Source of the DNA: Cyanidioschyzon merolae
Taxonomy: Eukaryota
Reading direction: 5' to 3' (one strand)
NCBI GenBank assembly: GCA_000091205.1
Contig: AP006497.2
DNA length: 64,000 nt
The notes beneath the pieces are model-generated. The model saw only the letters and a list, made by a program, of their open reading frames with translations. It was not told the DNA's origin and did no database searches. A program made the translations under genes and the position numbers. Positions 41,644 to 51,382 of the stretch are shown in pieces (within the stretch, counting starts at the first letter, position 1; every line of letters starts with the position of its first letter).

Positions 41644-43860
41644 ATGACGTTAAACTTGGAGCGTGTGGTCGCATCGAAAACCCTGCCAACGGTTCTGCGT
41701 TATGCAGCGCTGACAGCAGCAGCTGTATTAGCTTTTGCGATCCGTCTGTTCAGCGTCGTGCGTTACGAGCCTGTGATCCACGAGTTTGATCCCTACTTCA
41801 ACTACCGCGCCACACGTGTTCTTGTCGACAAGGGTCTATACGAGTTCTGGAACTGGTTTGATGATACATCTTGGTACCCACTTGGTCGAGATGTGGGTGG
41901 TACCGTGTACGCTGGTACTATGTACAGCGCCGCCTTGGTCTACTGGGTACTGCAAGCACTTGGTTTCCCCGTCGACGTGCGCTACGTTTGCGTCTTCGTA
42001 TCGCCACTGTGGGCATCGTTCACAACGCTTATTACGTACGCCTTTACAAACGAGTTGACTGAACAAAAGGACTCAATTGCGGGCCTCTTTGCGGCAGTTT
42101 TCGTTGCCATTGTGCCTGGCTACATTTCGCGGTCATCGGCCGGAGGATTCGATAACGAGTGCGTGGCGATTTTCGCGCTGATGAATACCTTCTATCTTTT
42201 CATGAAGGCGGTGAATACCGGTGCGCTGCAGTGGGCGCTTGCGTGTTGTCTCGGCTATCTTTACATGGTAGCATGCTGGGGTGGCTATATCTTCATCATC
42301 AACTTGATTCCAATCTATGTCATCGTCATGATACTAGCTGGGCGGTATTCTCATCGGATCTATGTCGCCTATTCTACTTTTTACATCCTCGGCACGTTGT
42401 TATCCATGCAGATACGCTTCGTTGGCTTTCAAGCCGTGCAATCGGCAGAGCACATGCTCGCTGCTGTCGTCTTCCTGGCGCTGCAAGTTTATTGCCTTGG
42501 GCAATGGATTCGCTCCATTGTCGCCGAACAGGTCTATCACGCATTTGTGCGTTATTTTGTTATAATCGTTGGATCCGCTTTTGCAGGGCTCGGGGTACTG
42601 CTTCTGGCCGCAGGTTACATTCAGCCGTGGACGGGGCGCTTCTACACGCTGCTGGACCCAACGTATGCGAGCAAACATATACCCATCATTGCGTCGGTGA
42701 GTGAACACCAGCCAACGGCATGGTCGTCGTATTTTTTTGATTTGCACTTTCTGACTGTGCTAGCGCCACTCGGTCTCTACTACTGCTTCCAAGAACTGAC
42801 GGATGCAACACTCTTTGCCATCCTGTATTTCGTTTTTGCAGTCTATTTTTCTGGGGTTATGGTTCGACTCATGTTGGTGCTGGCGCCTGCTGCATGCGCA
42901 ATGGGTGCTGTTGGCACAAGCCGTCTCCTGCAGTCCTTTGCTGTGGACTTGAAAGCTGAACTTGCTGAACGCAATTGGATTCCATGGATCAGCGATATGC
43001 AGCAGGCGAGCAATGCGTCGCCTGGCAAAAAGCACACTGCCGGTGCAAGTAGCACCAGCAGCACGAGCGGCAACCGGGGTCGCGTCACGGGCAGCAGTCA
43101 GGGAAACAATCGGGCGAGCGCGCTGCGCTTGGAGGTTTCGTTGGGGATCCTCTTCAGCGCACTCCTTCTCGGAAACGCGTACGTCAAGCACTGCGTCTGG
43201 GCCGCTTCTGAGGCTTATTCTTCTCCGTCCATCGTATTGGCAGGTCAAGGGCCATCTGGCAGGTTCCTCATCGACGATTTCCGAGAAGCCTACTACTGGC
43301 TGGGGTCCAACGCAGCGGCGGACGCAAAAATTGCCTCCTGGTGGGACTACGGCTACCAGATCGCAGGTATGGGTTTCCGCACGACCATTGTGGATAACAA
43401 CACCTGGAACTTTACGCATATTGCAACAGTTGGCAACATGCTCAGTCGACCAGAGAAGCAGGCATACCAAATAGCGCGTATGCTGGACGTTGACTACGTG
43501 CTGGTCATATTTGGCGGCCTGATTGGATACGGTGGCGACGACGTGAACAAGTTTCTTTGGCCGGTACGCATTGGCGGCTCAGTTGATCCAACGCTTCGTG
43601 AGGCGCAGTTCCTCACTCGAAGGGGTGAGTTTCGCCTCGACGAAGAGATGGCTCCAGCGATGCGAGAGTCACTTCTGTTTAAGCTCTGTTACCATCGTTA
43701 CGGTGAAATCAGCAACGGCTATGATCGCGCTCGGGGTTATCGGGTAGCGCATTTGGACGTCAGGTTGGAACTATTCGAAGAGGCATTCACATCCGAGCAT
43801 TGGATCGTACGAATCTATCGAGTGAAACCGCCAAGCAACCGCGGTAATGTAGCATGGTGA
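41644..43860 (+). CDS. STT3: Dolichyl-diphosphooligosaccharide--protein glycosyltransferase catalytic subunit STT3
   Basis: A 738-aa multi-TM protein with the diagnostic WWDYGYQIAGMGFRTTIVDNNTWNFTHIATVGNMLS (WWDYG motif) and a C-terminal ...DYVLVIFGGLIGYGGDDVNKFLWPVRI. The ATG at 41644 is verified. The ORF is uninterrupted. Confidence 0.9.
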   Translation: MTLNLERVVASKTLPTVLRYAALTAAAVLAFAIRLFSVVRYEPVIHEFDPYFNYRATRVLVDKGLYEFWNWFDDTSWYPLGRDVGGTVYAGTMYSAALVYWVLQALGFPVDVRYVCVFVSPLWASFTTLITYAFTNELTEQKDSIAGLFAAVFVAIVPGYISRSSAGGFDNECVAIFALMNTFYLFMKAVNTGALQWALACCLGYLYMVACWGGYIFIINLIPIYVIVMILAGRYSHRIYVAYSTFYILGTLLSMQIRFVGFQAVQSAEHMLAAVVFLALQVYCLGQWIRSIVAEQVYHAFVRYFVIIVGSAFAGLGVLLLAAGYIQPWTGRFYTLLDPTYASKHIPIIASVSEHQPTAWSSYFFDLHFLTVLAPLGLYYCFQELTDATLFAILYFVFAVYFSGVMVRLMLVLAPAACAMGAVGTSRLLQSFAVDLKAELAERNWIPWISDMQQASNASPGKKHTAGASSTSSTSGNRGRVTGSSQGNNRASALRLEVSLGILFSALLLGNAYVKHCVWAASEAYSSPSIVLAGQGPSGRFLIDDFREAYYWLGSNAAADAKIASWWDYGYQIAGMGFRTTIVDNNTWNFTHIATVGNMLSRPEKQAYQIARMLDVDYVLVIFGGLIGYGGDDVNKFLWPVRIGGSVDPTLREAQFLTRRGEFRLDEEMAPAMRESLLFKLCYHRYGEISNGYDRARGYRVAHLDVRLELFEEAFTSEHWIVRIYRVKPPSNRGNVAW

Positions 43861-44585
43861 AAGCGGAAGTCGAGGAACCTTGAGGCATATTTGGCTATAC
43901 GATGGATGTCGACCAGCTTGCAGCACGCTGGTACCGCTTCCTGCACAGTTTACCCATGGCTTGCAGCTGAGAACGCTATGCTCGACGCGCTGGAAGCATA
44001 TCTGTGTGTTGTATCGATGGCGATACTCAAGTTCGGAGCGGGCATCGATCCAACGAGCTCGCTGTCCACGACTGCGTCTAGACGAACAAGTTGATCGTTC
44101 AGCATAGCTCGAACAGGGCAGCTGCAGTCCAGCGAGTGCAGCCTAATGACCAAGTTGTCGTCTCATTTTAAACGATACATGCGTACGCATCCAGACGCTG
44201 AACACGCGTCCCCAGAATTGGATACAGTTCCAGTAGTCCAAAAAATCCGGAAGCGAATAGCGACCAGCTATGCAGCTTACGTGGCCCGACAAACGAGCGC
44301 CCAGCCTGCACAAGGACACATGCACCAAGGTCCCCAGAAACAGTCCCCGGTACGAGTTCCTTTGGATAAGCACCGCTATCGCTGAACTCGGCCTGCAATA
44401 CCTTAAGCAACGGGTCAGCTGGTGTGCTGGAAACGCTTCCATCCTTCGATTCATCGATCGGTTCAGCAAAAAGAGCCGTGTCTAGCGACGAAACCGCTTT
44501 TCGCACAACCTGTTCCAATGGTTGAAGCATGTCGCAGGGATATCGCGCTCTAGAGAAGCGCGTCTCTGCTTCATCGCACAGGAAC

Positions 44586-44710
44586 TTGGGAGTAGGGGGT
44601 TGATGCATACCTCACCGCGCACTGAAAAACACACACAAAAAAATAAGAAAAGAAAAATGCGCATAATCGGAGAACGCTGGCCTAAGTACACATTTTGTCC
44701 ATGAAAAAAA
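44586..44710 (+). mobile_element. Short poly(A)-tailed retroposon copy (longer, 125 bp) flanked by a 12-bp TSD
   Basis: A perfect 12-bp direct repeat tcgcacaggaac at 44574-44585 and 44711-44722 brackets an insert ending in catgaaaaaaa. Its 3' 90 bp match 28671-28762. It contains the micro-ORF MRIIGERWPKYTFCP*. Confidence 0.6.
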
Positions 44711-45447
44711 TCGCACAGGAACGAGGTCACAGGTTCCCAAGCGACAGCCTACACACTAAAACACGTTACATGTATTGTTCCAGCTAGAAGCGCTCTCCCC
44801 GTGCCGTTCGCGAAAACAAATACCAGCGCTAGAAGCGTGCTCGTCACTATGGATAGTTTAAAGCCGGCGTGCTTTGAAGCGCGATACGGCACGTTCCAGA
44901 AAACTCCACGAGCACGGAGCCTTTTATGCAGTGCCGAACGAGAGCCTCGAGGTCTGCTCGCGCTGCTGGGTGCACCGGGAAGGGCCTCACGGGCTTTTCC
45001 AGTCCATAAAAAGCACAGCTCAGCGCTATTCACTCGGGAACTCGAACAACATACCATCGCTTGGCGTACTGTGGCTGTGCTTGCAGTTTCCCAGTCGGTA
45101 CGTTGAAAGCTGATGCGGCTTAAGAGCGTATATTTTGTTCCAGAGGATCTTTGCGTCTCATCAGAGACCTTTGAGAAGCGCAAGCCCCACTCCGAGTCCA
45201 TACCATGGCACCTATGTGCAGCGCCACCACCGCTGCTCCGCTGTCGACGCTCACCCGATGACCAGTCCCGGAACGATACCCAGCGGCGATGGCGTACGTT
45301 GCTTCGTTTCGAAAAGGGTTGGCGAGCCACGTGCGTCGCTTCTTCGTCGCAACACGAAGCCGACCAGTGTGTGTTTAGCATATAGCACTCGGTTTGGAGA
45401 AGCTTGAGGGTGTCTACGCGCCGACCACGCTGACCCAGCAGACGTCC

Positions 45448-48400
45448 ATGGCTTGCAGCGGGAAGCGCTCTGCACGAGACTGCATCGAGCGCTGTGAGAG
45501 CCTCAACTTTCCGAGCTGCTTCAGGCGATCTGGCTTCAGCTTCATTGGTCCCTGGACGGCACATGAGCGTCAGGATGCATCCATTTTCATACCGTGTTGC
45601 CCGATATCGTTTCAGAAACGGAAGTTTGTACGTTTTAGACGAGGTTCCGCGAGCGTCCGGCGTACGCAGCGCGGAGGCGACGTTCGAGCGAGTTCGAGTG
45701 ACCAGAACGGCTCCGTCGCCCGTGACGACGTAGACACGCCACTAGCCCGACGGGGGCATCACCCGGAGACGCAGCCTCCTGACACGACTCAATTCGCTCA
45801 AGCAGGTGCGAACGGCGGGTCAGAGACACCAGCGAAAACGGCGTTTCAACCAGCGCTGGCCCCGAGCCTTGCACACACGTTGGAGCGACGCCTGCCGCAA
45901 CTCCGCAGCACGTTTCTCAGCCTATTCGGATGTATTACAGTGCTATTTATTCGCTTTGCAACGGCCACTGTTTTCCTGGGCATCATGGTGTTGGCCTGGC
46001 TCGGATACTTTGCCGCGAATCAACGGCTGGGTGCGCTCGTTCACAGCGCAGCTTCAACGTCGCTAGGACGCTCCATTAAAGTCGGGAGACTGAAGCGGCT
46101 CGTATTGCCACTCGGTGTTGCCGCTGGAAAACTCGAGATGGCCCCGGATGCCTCCAAACCCTGTGGTTCACTCGGTGCGGTGCAAGTACGACTAGCCATC
46201 GAGCCGCGTCGCTGGATAACCCTTCGTACTGGACGAGTACGTTTCGATGTGCAGTTCCGGCGGGTTGCCCTGGAACTACACCAGCATCAGCCGGGCGAAT
46301 GGGACCTCGGATGGTCAGTCACGCCAGGCAAACGCACCGACGATGCCTCCAGCGACGTCAACACCGCCGATGCACTGCCCAGCGGGCAACGAGCCCGCAG
46401 TGTCCCAACACAGGAGTTACCAGCGAACGGTGCCGAGCAAGCGCTGCCTCCGGCGTTAGCGGAAGCGACGCTACCCGTGGCGCTTCGTGTGGTAGAGTTC
46501 AAACGCTCAAGCGTCGCATTGGACGTGCTAGGGACAGGTGACTCGGCCTTTGGCCGAGGAATTTATGTGTTCCGGGGGATTCACGGGCGCCTGGTGTTTG
46601 CCCAGGGCATGAACGCGCTCACGGGCAAGCTGTCGTTCGAAACTGAGCACCGGGGAGCGGGATCCTGCGAGCTCGCCCTCGACTTGCAGCGCAATATTCA
46701 TCGTATCAGCGTACAGACTAGAGCGCTGCCGGCGAAAACTGTGGTAGCGCTGCTGAACCTGCCCTTCGAAAGCGATACAGGTCGAGTGCACGGCCAGGTC
46801 GCGTTGGTGCTGCGACCCGATGCCAAGGCTCCCGAACTGACCGGAACCGGTAGATTGCAGCAGGTAGCACTGCGACTCGCCCCTGACGCGCCAAGTTTCA
46901 CGGGCATATCGGGTCGCCTCCGCTTCGATGAATCGATGGTGATCTTCGAGGGCCCAACCGGTTTCTTCGGGCAGCTACCCATAACCGTCGTCGGGTCCAT
47001 CGACTTGTCCAAAGACTACAATCTGATTGGTTTCGTGCGTCGGGTAGCGATCAGCGACGTGCTCAAGACGTTTCGAGTGGAGTCTCCGATTCCTGTCCAT
47101 GGGAGCGTCAAGGCAGAGGTTCGCATGCATGGCCCACTGGAGAGTCCGCTTCTCACTGGAGCTGCGATTTCAGTCGGAGCTCCCTGGAGAGCGGATCGAA
47201 TTCATCTGCGAAATGCCCGGGCAGACTTCCAGCTTGATACGCGTTCAATGGAACTGCAGATTGCCGCAATGGAAGCGACGCTTCAGGATGGCGGTCAACT
47301 TAGCGGCCATGGTGTACTGAAACTGGCTGCGAACGGTGCTGTGACCGCCTCGTCAATTCGGGATACCGAAGCAAACGAGTCATCGTCTCCGGTTGCAGTG
47401 AACGATTCCAGAGCAGAGCGAGATCCTGCAACACAGGAGCCGTCTGTTCAGCTGGCGCTGAACCTTCGCGGTGCCCACGCTGGCCCCTTGTTGGCGAGGT
47501 ATCTCCATGAACCCGGCAAGCAGGGCACCGTTATGGACCCTATTGGCCGCCTGTCTGCGGAGCTGACGGTTTCAGGTCCGTTGAGCGAGGCGGAACTCAA
47601 CTTGCGGTGGCGTCTGGTGGGCACTGCGCCACCAGAGGCATCGCAGACGGTTGCGTCTTGCGGGGCGGAAGCACCCACACCGAATGCGAAGCTCTATGGA
47701 GCGGCCTCCGGAACGCTCCGGATGCCCCTGGTTGCTCGACATACCAATGCGAATATCGATATCAATACAGGTACCGGTGCTCGTGCGTTAGCTCCAGTTC
47801 CAGCTCCTCCTCGTACTGCTGTAACTGGGAATACCAGTACGGATCCGGAGCCTCAGCGCCTTCGTTTCACCCTAGACGCCTATGGTATCGACCTGCGTCG
47901 TCTAGCATGGCGACCGGAATGGACGACTGCTCCCAAGGCACTGCTGGACACGCGTCTTTCCGCGGATGTAACGCTGCAACAACCGAAGCGCTCTACAGCC
48001 GACGCCGCACAACGCCAACAGGCTCCTTGCGTAGAAGCGTTTCTCGACGTGAGACGCTTGCAGCTGAACGAGTTCGGCTATACGCGTCGTCTTGCGGGAA
48101 AACTGCGCTTTCATCCAGACGAGGGTGTGCAGTTCCAGGCGCTTCCGCATGAGCACAGCTCAGCGCAACGCAGCGCTGCTTCGACTCTGCAGCCAGGAAG
48201 CGACGAACTCCAAAAGCTACCTGTTTTCCTCAGCGTTCAACTGGACCCGAGTTTCCGACGTGATCTGGCGGTGCATCTTCGTCGTGATCGTTTCCGTCTT
48301 GATGTTTCGTACCAGGAAAACAGCCGCTTCGAAGCATGTCTCGAAAATATGCCCATCGAAGAGTTGCTCGGCCCCGATTACGGGGCTGGTGGCCTCGTTG

Positions 48401-48924
48401 AAGCCACCTTGTCCGTTGACCTGCAACAGGAGCGTGGCACGGGCTCGTTTGCCCTCCGTGATGCGTATTTTCGTCAGTTTCGTTGCCGGGCGTTCGCCGG
48501 TGAGCTCTTCTGGCTCGATAAGACCGTGTTTCTGCAGAACAGCGTGATCCAGCAAGCGCGTTCCGAATACCACATTGAGGGCGTCTACTCGTCCAGCAAT
48601 GTTGCCGTGGGGTCAGCTGCGTCAACGCTGCCCAGTTGGCAGACCAAGATCGTGATTCCTCGCGGGGATATCGCGGAGCTCGCCTGTCTCGCCCAGGCGG
48701 TGAACGGGCAACTGGACCCAACGATCCTCTCGTATTGGGAAATTCCCCCGCATCTCTCTCTGGAGGAGCAGATTCTCTGGTTTGCAGACTATCTCTGTCA
48801 GAGCGCTGATGTGTCTCCCGACGATTTTCTCAATGACGATCGCACACTGCCGCGAAGGGCAGAGCCCGGGAGCAGCGCTTCCCCTGCTGGCGACGCAAGC
48901 GCCGGGTGCCGTCATCTCAGCTGA
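45448..48924 (+). CDS. TamB/TIC236-like giant protein, N-terminal ~1160 aa segment (frame A)
   Basis: A predicted N-terminal membrane anchor FLSLFGCITVLFIRFATATVFLGIMVLAWLGYF is followed by a very long, repetitive, beta-rich sequence. The frame ends inside the 48782-48924 overlap with the next ORF. The track start at 45394 is TTG; the first ATG is 45448. Confidence 0.5.
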   Translation: MACSGKRSARDCIERCESLNFPSCFRRSGFSFIGPWTAHERQDASIFIPCCPISFQKRKFVRFRRGSASVRRTQRGGDVRASSSDQNGSVARDDVDTPLARRGHHPETQPPDTTQFAQAGANGGSETPAKTAFQPALAPSLAHTLERRLPQLRSTFLSLFGCITVLFIRFATATVFLGIMVLAWLGYFAANQRLGALVHSAASTSLGRSIKVGRLKRLVLPLGVAAGKLEMAPDASKPCGSLGAVQVRLAIEPRRWITLRTGRVRFDVQFRRVALELHQHQPGEWDLGWSVTPGKRTDDASSDVNTADALPSGQRARSVPTQELPANGAEQALPPALAEATLPVALRVVEFKRSSVALDVLGTGDSAFGRGIYVFRGIHGRLVFAQGMNALTGKLSFETEHRGAGSCELALDLQRNIHRISVQTRALPAKTVVALLNLPFESDTGRVHGQVALVLRPDAKAPELTGTGRLQQVALRLAPDAPSFTGISGRLRFDESMVIFEGPTGFFGQLPITVVGSIDLSKDYNLIGFVRRVAISDVLKTFRVESPIPVHGSVKAEVRMHGPLESPLLTGAAISVGAPWRADRIHLRNARADFQLDTRSMELQIAAMEATLQDGGQLSGHGVLKLAANGAVTASSIRDTEANESSSPVAVNDSRAERDPATQEPSVQLALNLRGAHAGPLLARYLHEPGKQGTVMDPIGRLSAELTVSGPLSEAELNLRWRLVGTAPPEASQTVASCGAEAPTPNAKLYGAASGTLRMPLVARHTNANIDINTGTGARALAPVPAPPRTAVTGNTSTDPEPQRLRFTLDAYGIDLRRLAWRPEWTTAPKALLDTRLSADVTLQQPKRSTADAAQRQQAPCVEAFLDVRRLQLNEFGYTRRLAGKLRFHPDEGVQFQALPHEHSSAQRSAASTLQPGSDELQKLPVFLSVQLDPSFRRDLAVHLRRDRFRLDVSYQENSRFEACLENMPIEELLGPDYGAGGLVEATLSVDLQQERGTGSFALRDAYFRQFRCRAFAGELFWLDKTVFLQNSVIQQARSEYHIEGVYSSSNVAVGSAASTLPSWQTKIVIPRGDIAELACLAQAVNGQLDPTILSYWEIPPHLSLEEQILWFADYLCQSADVSPDDFLNDDRTLPRRAEPGSSASPAGDASAGCRHLS

Positions 48925-51382
48925 CGGCAGGCGAGCACAGCGGAAACGACCTCTGAAGCCACCGAGTCTCGCTGACTTGCGCGGAAGCTATCGGGGCACC
49001 ATCTCCATGAGCAGCGGTGCAGAGCGACTGGCCTTTGACCTCAACGGCGAACAGTGGGCCATCGGGCCGCACGAACTCGGTACGATGTGTGCTCGCGGGG
49101 GCATCCATCGAGGAATCATTAACCTGGAACAGTTATCGTTTCAGGTGGCGTCTTCGTCGGGGGCTATGGTCCATCTCAGTGGCACTGCCGACCCAGCGGG
49201 AGCCTTACACGCGAACCTACATCTAGCCAAAGTTCCGCTGCACCTGCTCTCTGACTACGGACTGGCACCGGTTCGTCTCACCGGAGTGCTGCACTCGTCA
49301 GCAGAGTTAGCCGGCACGGTTCGGGATCCGACACTCCATGTGAAAGGTCTCTGGCAGGAAGCATCGCTGAATGGTCTTCGGTTGCGGGACCCGCAGGCCG
49401 AGCTGCGCTGTGACCTCGGACGCTGTCGTGTCCGCGCTACCGCAGCTGTTCCAGTTCAGCAGCGCAACTGGGGTCCGGTGCGCCCCAGTTGGCGCTTCTG
49501 GAAACGCCCTAGGCCCAGTGTCGCGCAACAACGCTGGCTGGACGGCAGCGAAACCTCTACAGCGAAACCGGGAGCATCCCGAGCGGCTTCTTCAGATGCT
49601 GCTGCTGCTGCTGCTGCAATGACGCTTCACGGGAGTATGCCTTTGAGCGGCGTTCGTCTTGAGGGGTCGCTTCCGATTCGACTCGCTCATGTGCTGGAGC
49701 GTCTCTTGGACCCGCGGATACCTCTGACAGAACGCTTTACCACGTTCTCGTTGCACGACCTGCTCGTAGCGACAGACGCGAGCGAGTCGATGCAGATTGA
49801 TGTGCAGGTGAAACGCAGTGGTGCTGCGCTTGTCGCAGCTTTTCTTCCTCAGGTGCCCGTTGCAGGCGGCAGCGCTGACCTGCGGATTCGTTTACGCGGA
49901 GCGCCGCTTCAGCCCCAGGTTACCGCTCGATGTAGTCTATCGGATGTGCGAATCGCCCCGCCGGACCTGGAAACACCCATTGAGAGCGTGTATGGCGAGG
50001 TCGAGCTTCGCGACTGGATGCTGCACGTCCACTCGATGACTGGCCTCGTCCAGGGTCGTGTGTGGTCGCTCAAAGGCGTTCTTCCTGTATGGACGCCAAT
50101 GACGAACTGGGACGCCAGTCCCAGCGACGCGGAGAACGTACGAGAACCCGAACCGCTTACGTTGCAGCTGGAGAACCTGCCAGTGCATCTGCGGGATCGC
50201 TATCACGGCAGGGCAACGGGTCAGGTCACCGTTCATGGCACAGCGCTGCAACCGGTACTGCGGGGCTCGCTGACCCTCCACGATGGCTCGATCATGTTAT
50301 TGCCGGGATCCTCGAATCGAAATACCCAGCGAATAACGAATGCAAACAGTAGTAGTAGTGGTAGCATTAGTAGTAGTAGTAGTGGTGGTGGTGGTGGTGG
50401 TGGTGGTGGCGGTGTTGGTAACAGCACTACTACTACTACCAGCAGCAGTAGCAACAGCAGCAGTACTAGTACGAGTAATGGTAACGGCAGTAGCAACAAT
50501 ACGACGCCGCTGCGCCCGGATAACGAACTCGACATGCGCACCTACGAGTCGGATGAGAGTTTTATGAATCCTTTTCTGGAGCTCGTCGAGCAAGGTTTCC
50601 CAGACATTGTCTTTGAAGAGTTTCGATTGCGTTTGGGGTCGCGAACGCGGGTCGTTTTCCCGCTGGTGCTCAGCCTGCATCTGCAAGGAGACGTCGACCT
50701 GAACGGACCGCTCAGTGACTTGCGACCGAGCGGCTCGTTTCGCATTCTCGACGGGTCCCTCAATTTGCTTACCAACCGCTTGTACCTCATTCGATCGGTT
50801 CCCAACTCGGTGAGTTTCAGTCCGGATGCTGAGCAGGGCGCGCCGCTGGACCCCCTGCTACACGTCTCGTTATCCGATCGTCGCAAGTATACAGTTCGTC
50901 TGCGAAACGTACGGGCAAGCAAATGGGAGAGCGCACTTGAGGTGCTGGACGCCCAGGGTGTTCCCCTGGAACGGAGTCAACTGGTAGCGATGCTCAATGA
51001 GCGTCTCGGGAACGTTTCTGCAAACCTGCAACTGCGAAATGGTGGCTCCTTGGCGCTTCGATCCCTGCTGAACACGTATACCGTCGGGGGCTCGCTTGGA
51101 CGTGGTGGTGGTACGCTCTGGCGCCTCAGTCCGAACGTGACGGCACGACCCGAGAGCACAGCGCTGCCCGGCACCGGCTTGCTGTCAGAGCAACTCGGAG
51201 TGTATGGTGAACTTGAGAGTGGTCGCTTTGTTTTGTCATTTTCGCGCGATATGCAAGGTTTGGGGATCACGTCGATCTCCTATCGACCGTGGGAGCGTTT
51301 CAAGATGGAGTACGAGAAGCGGGAGACCGGCGAGCAGCACCTGGAAGCGAAGATCTACCTCAGAGGCGCCAGTGATGATTAG
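48782..51382 (+). CDS. TamB/TIC236-like giant protein, C-terminal ~866 aa segment (frame B), including a DUF490-like terminus
   Basis: The C-terminus ...LRLGSRTRVVFPLVLSLHLQGDVDLNGPLSDLRPSGSFRILDGSLNLLTNRLYLIRSVPNSVSFSPDAEQGAPLDPLLHVSL resembles the TamB C-terminal domain. The frame is offset +1 from the upstream ORF and overlaps it by 143 nt. A poly-Ser/Gly/Thr insert is encoded at 50348-50505. Confidence 0.5.
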   Translation: MQTISVRALMCLPTIFSMTIAHCREGQSPGAALPLLATQAPGAVISADGRRAQRKRPLKPPSLADLRGSYRGTISMSSGAERLAFDLNGEQWAIGPHELGTMCARGGIHRGIINLEQLSFQVASSSGAMVHLSGTADPAGALHANLHLAKVPLHLLSDYGLAPVRLTGVLHSSAELAGTVRDPTLHVKGLWQEASLNGLRLRDPQAELRCDLGRCRVRATAAVPVQQRNWGPVRPSWRFWKRPRPSVAQQRWLDGSETSTAKPGASRAASSDAAAAAAAMTLHGSMPLSGVRLEGSLPIRLAHVLERLLDPRIPLTERFTTFSLHDLLVATDASESMQIDVQVKRSGAALVAAFLPQVPVAGGSADLRIRLRGAPLQPQVTARCSLSDVRIAPPDLETPIESVYGEVELRDWMLHVHSMTGLVQGRVWSLKGVLPVWTPMTNWDASPSDAENVREPEPLTLQLENLPVHLRDRYHGRATGQVTVHGTALQPVLRGSLTLHDGSIMLLPGSSNRNTQRITNANSSSSGSISSSSSGGGGGGGGGGVGNSTTTTTSSSSNSSSTSTSNGNGSSNNTTPLRPDNELDMRTYESDESFMNPFLELVEQGFPDIVFEEFRLRLGSRTRVVFPLVLSLHLQGDVDLNGPLSDLRPSGSFRILDGSLNLLTNRLYLIRSVPNSVSFSPDAEQGAPLDPLLHVSLSDRRKYTVRLRNVRASKWESALEVLDAQGVPLERSQLVAMLNERLGNVSANLQLRNGGSLALRSLLNTYTVGGSLGRGGGTLWRLSPNVTARPESTALPGTGLLSEQLGVYGELESGRFVLSFSRDMQGLGITSISYRPWERFKMEYEKRETGEQHLEAKIYLRGASDD
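50348..50505 (+). repeat. Coding (AGT/GGT/AGC)n microsatellite cluster encoding a poly-Ser/Gly/Thr/Asn tract inside the TamB-like gene
   Basis: agtagtagtagtggtagc...ggtggtggtggtggtggtggtggc...actactactaccagcagcagtagcaacagcagc translates to SSSGSISSSSSGGGGGGGGGGVGNSTTTTTSSSSNSSSTSTSNGNGSSNNTT. Confidence 0.85.

Noticed and set aside
44749-45564. 271-aa minus-strand ORF with an ATG start
   Set aside because: It has no recognisable domain. It overlaps plus-strand ORFs and the 5' end of the TamB-like gene, and its composition looks like an antisense or UTR read-through. I left it unannotated.
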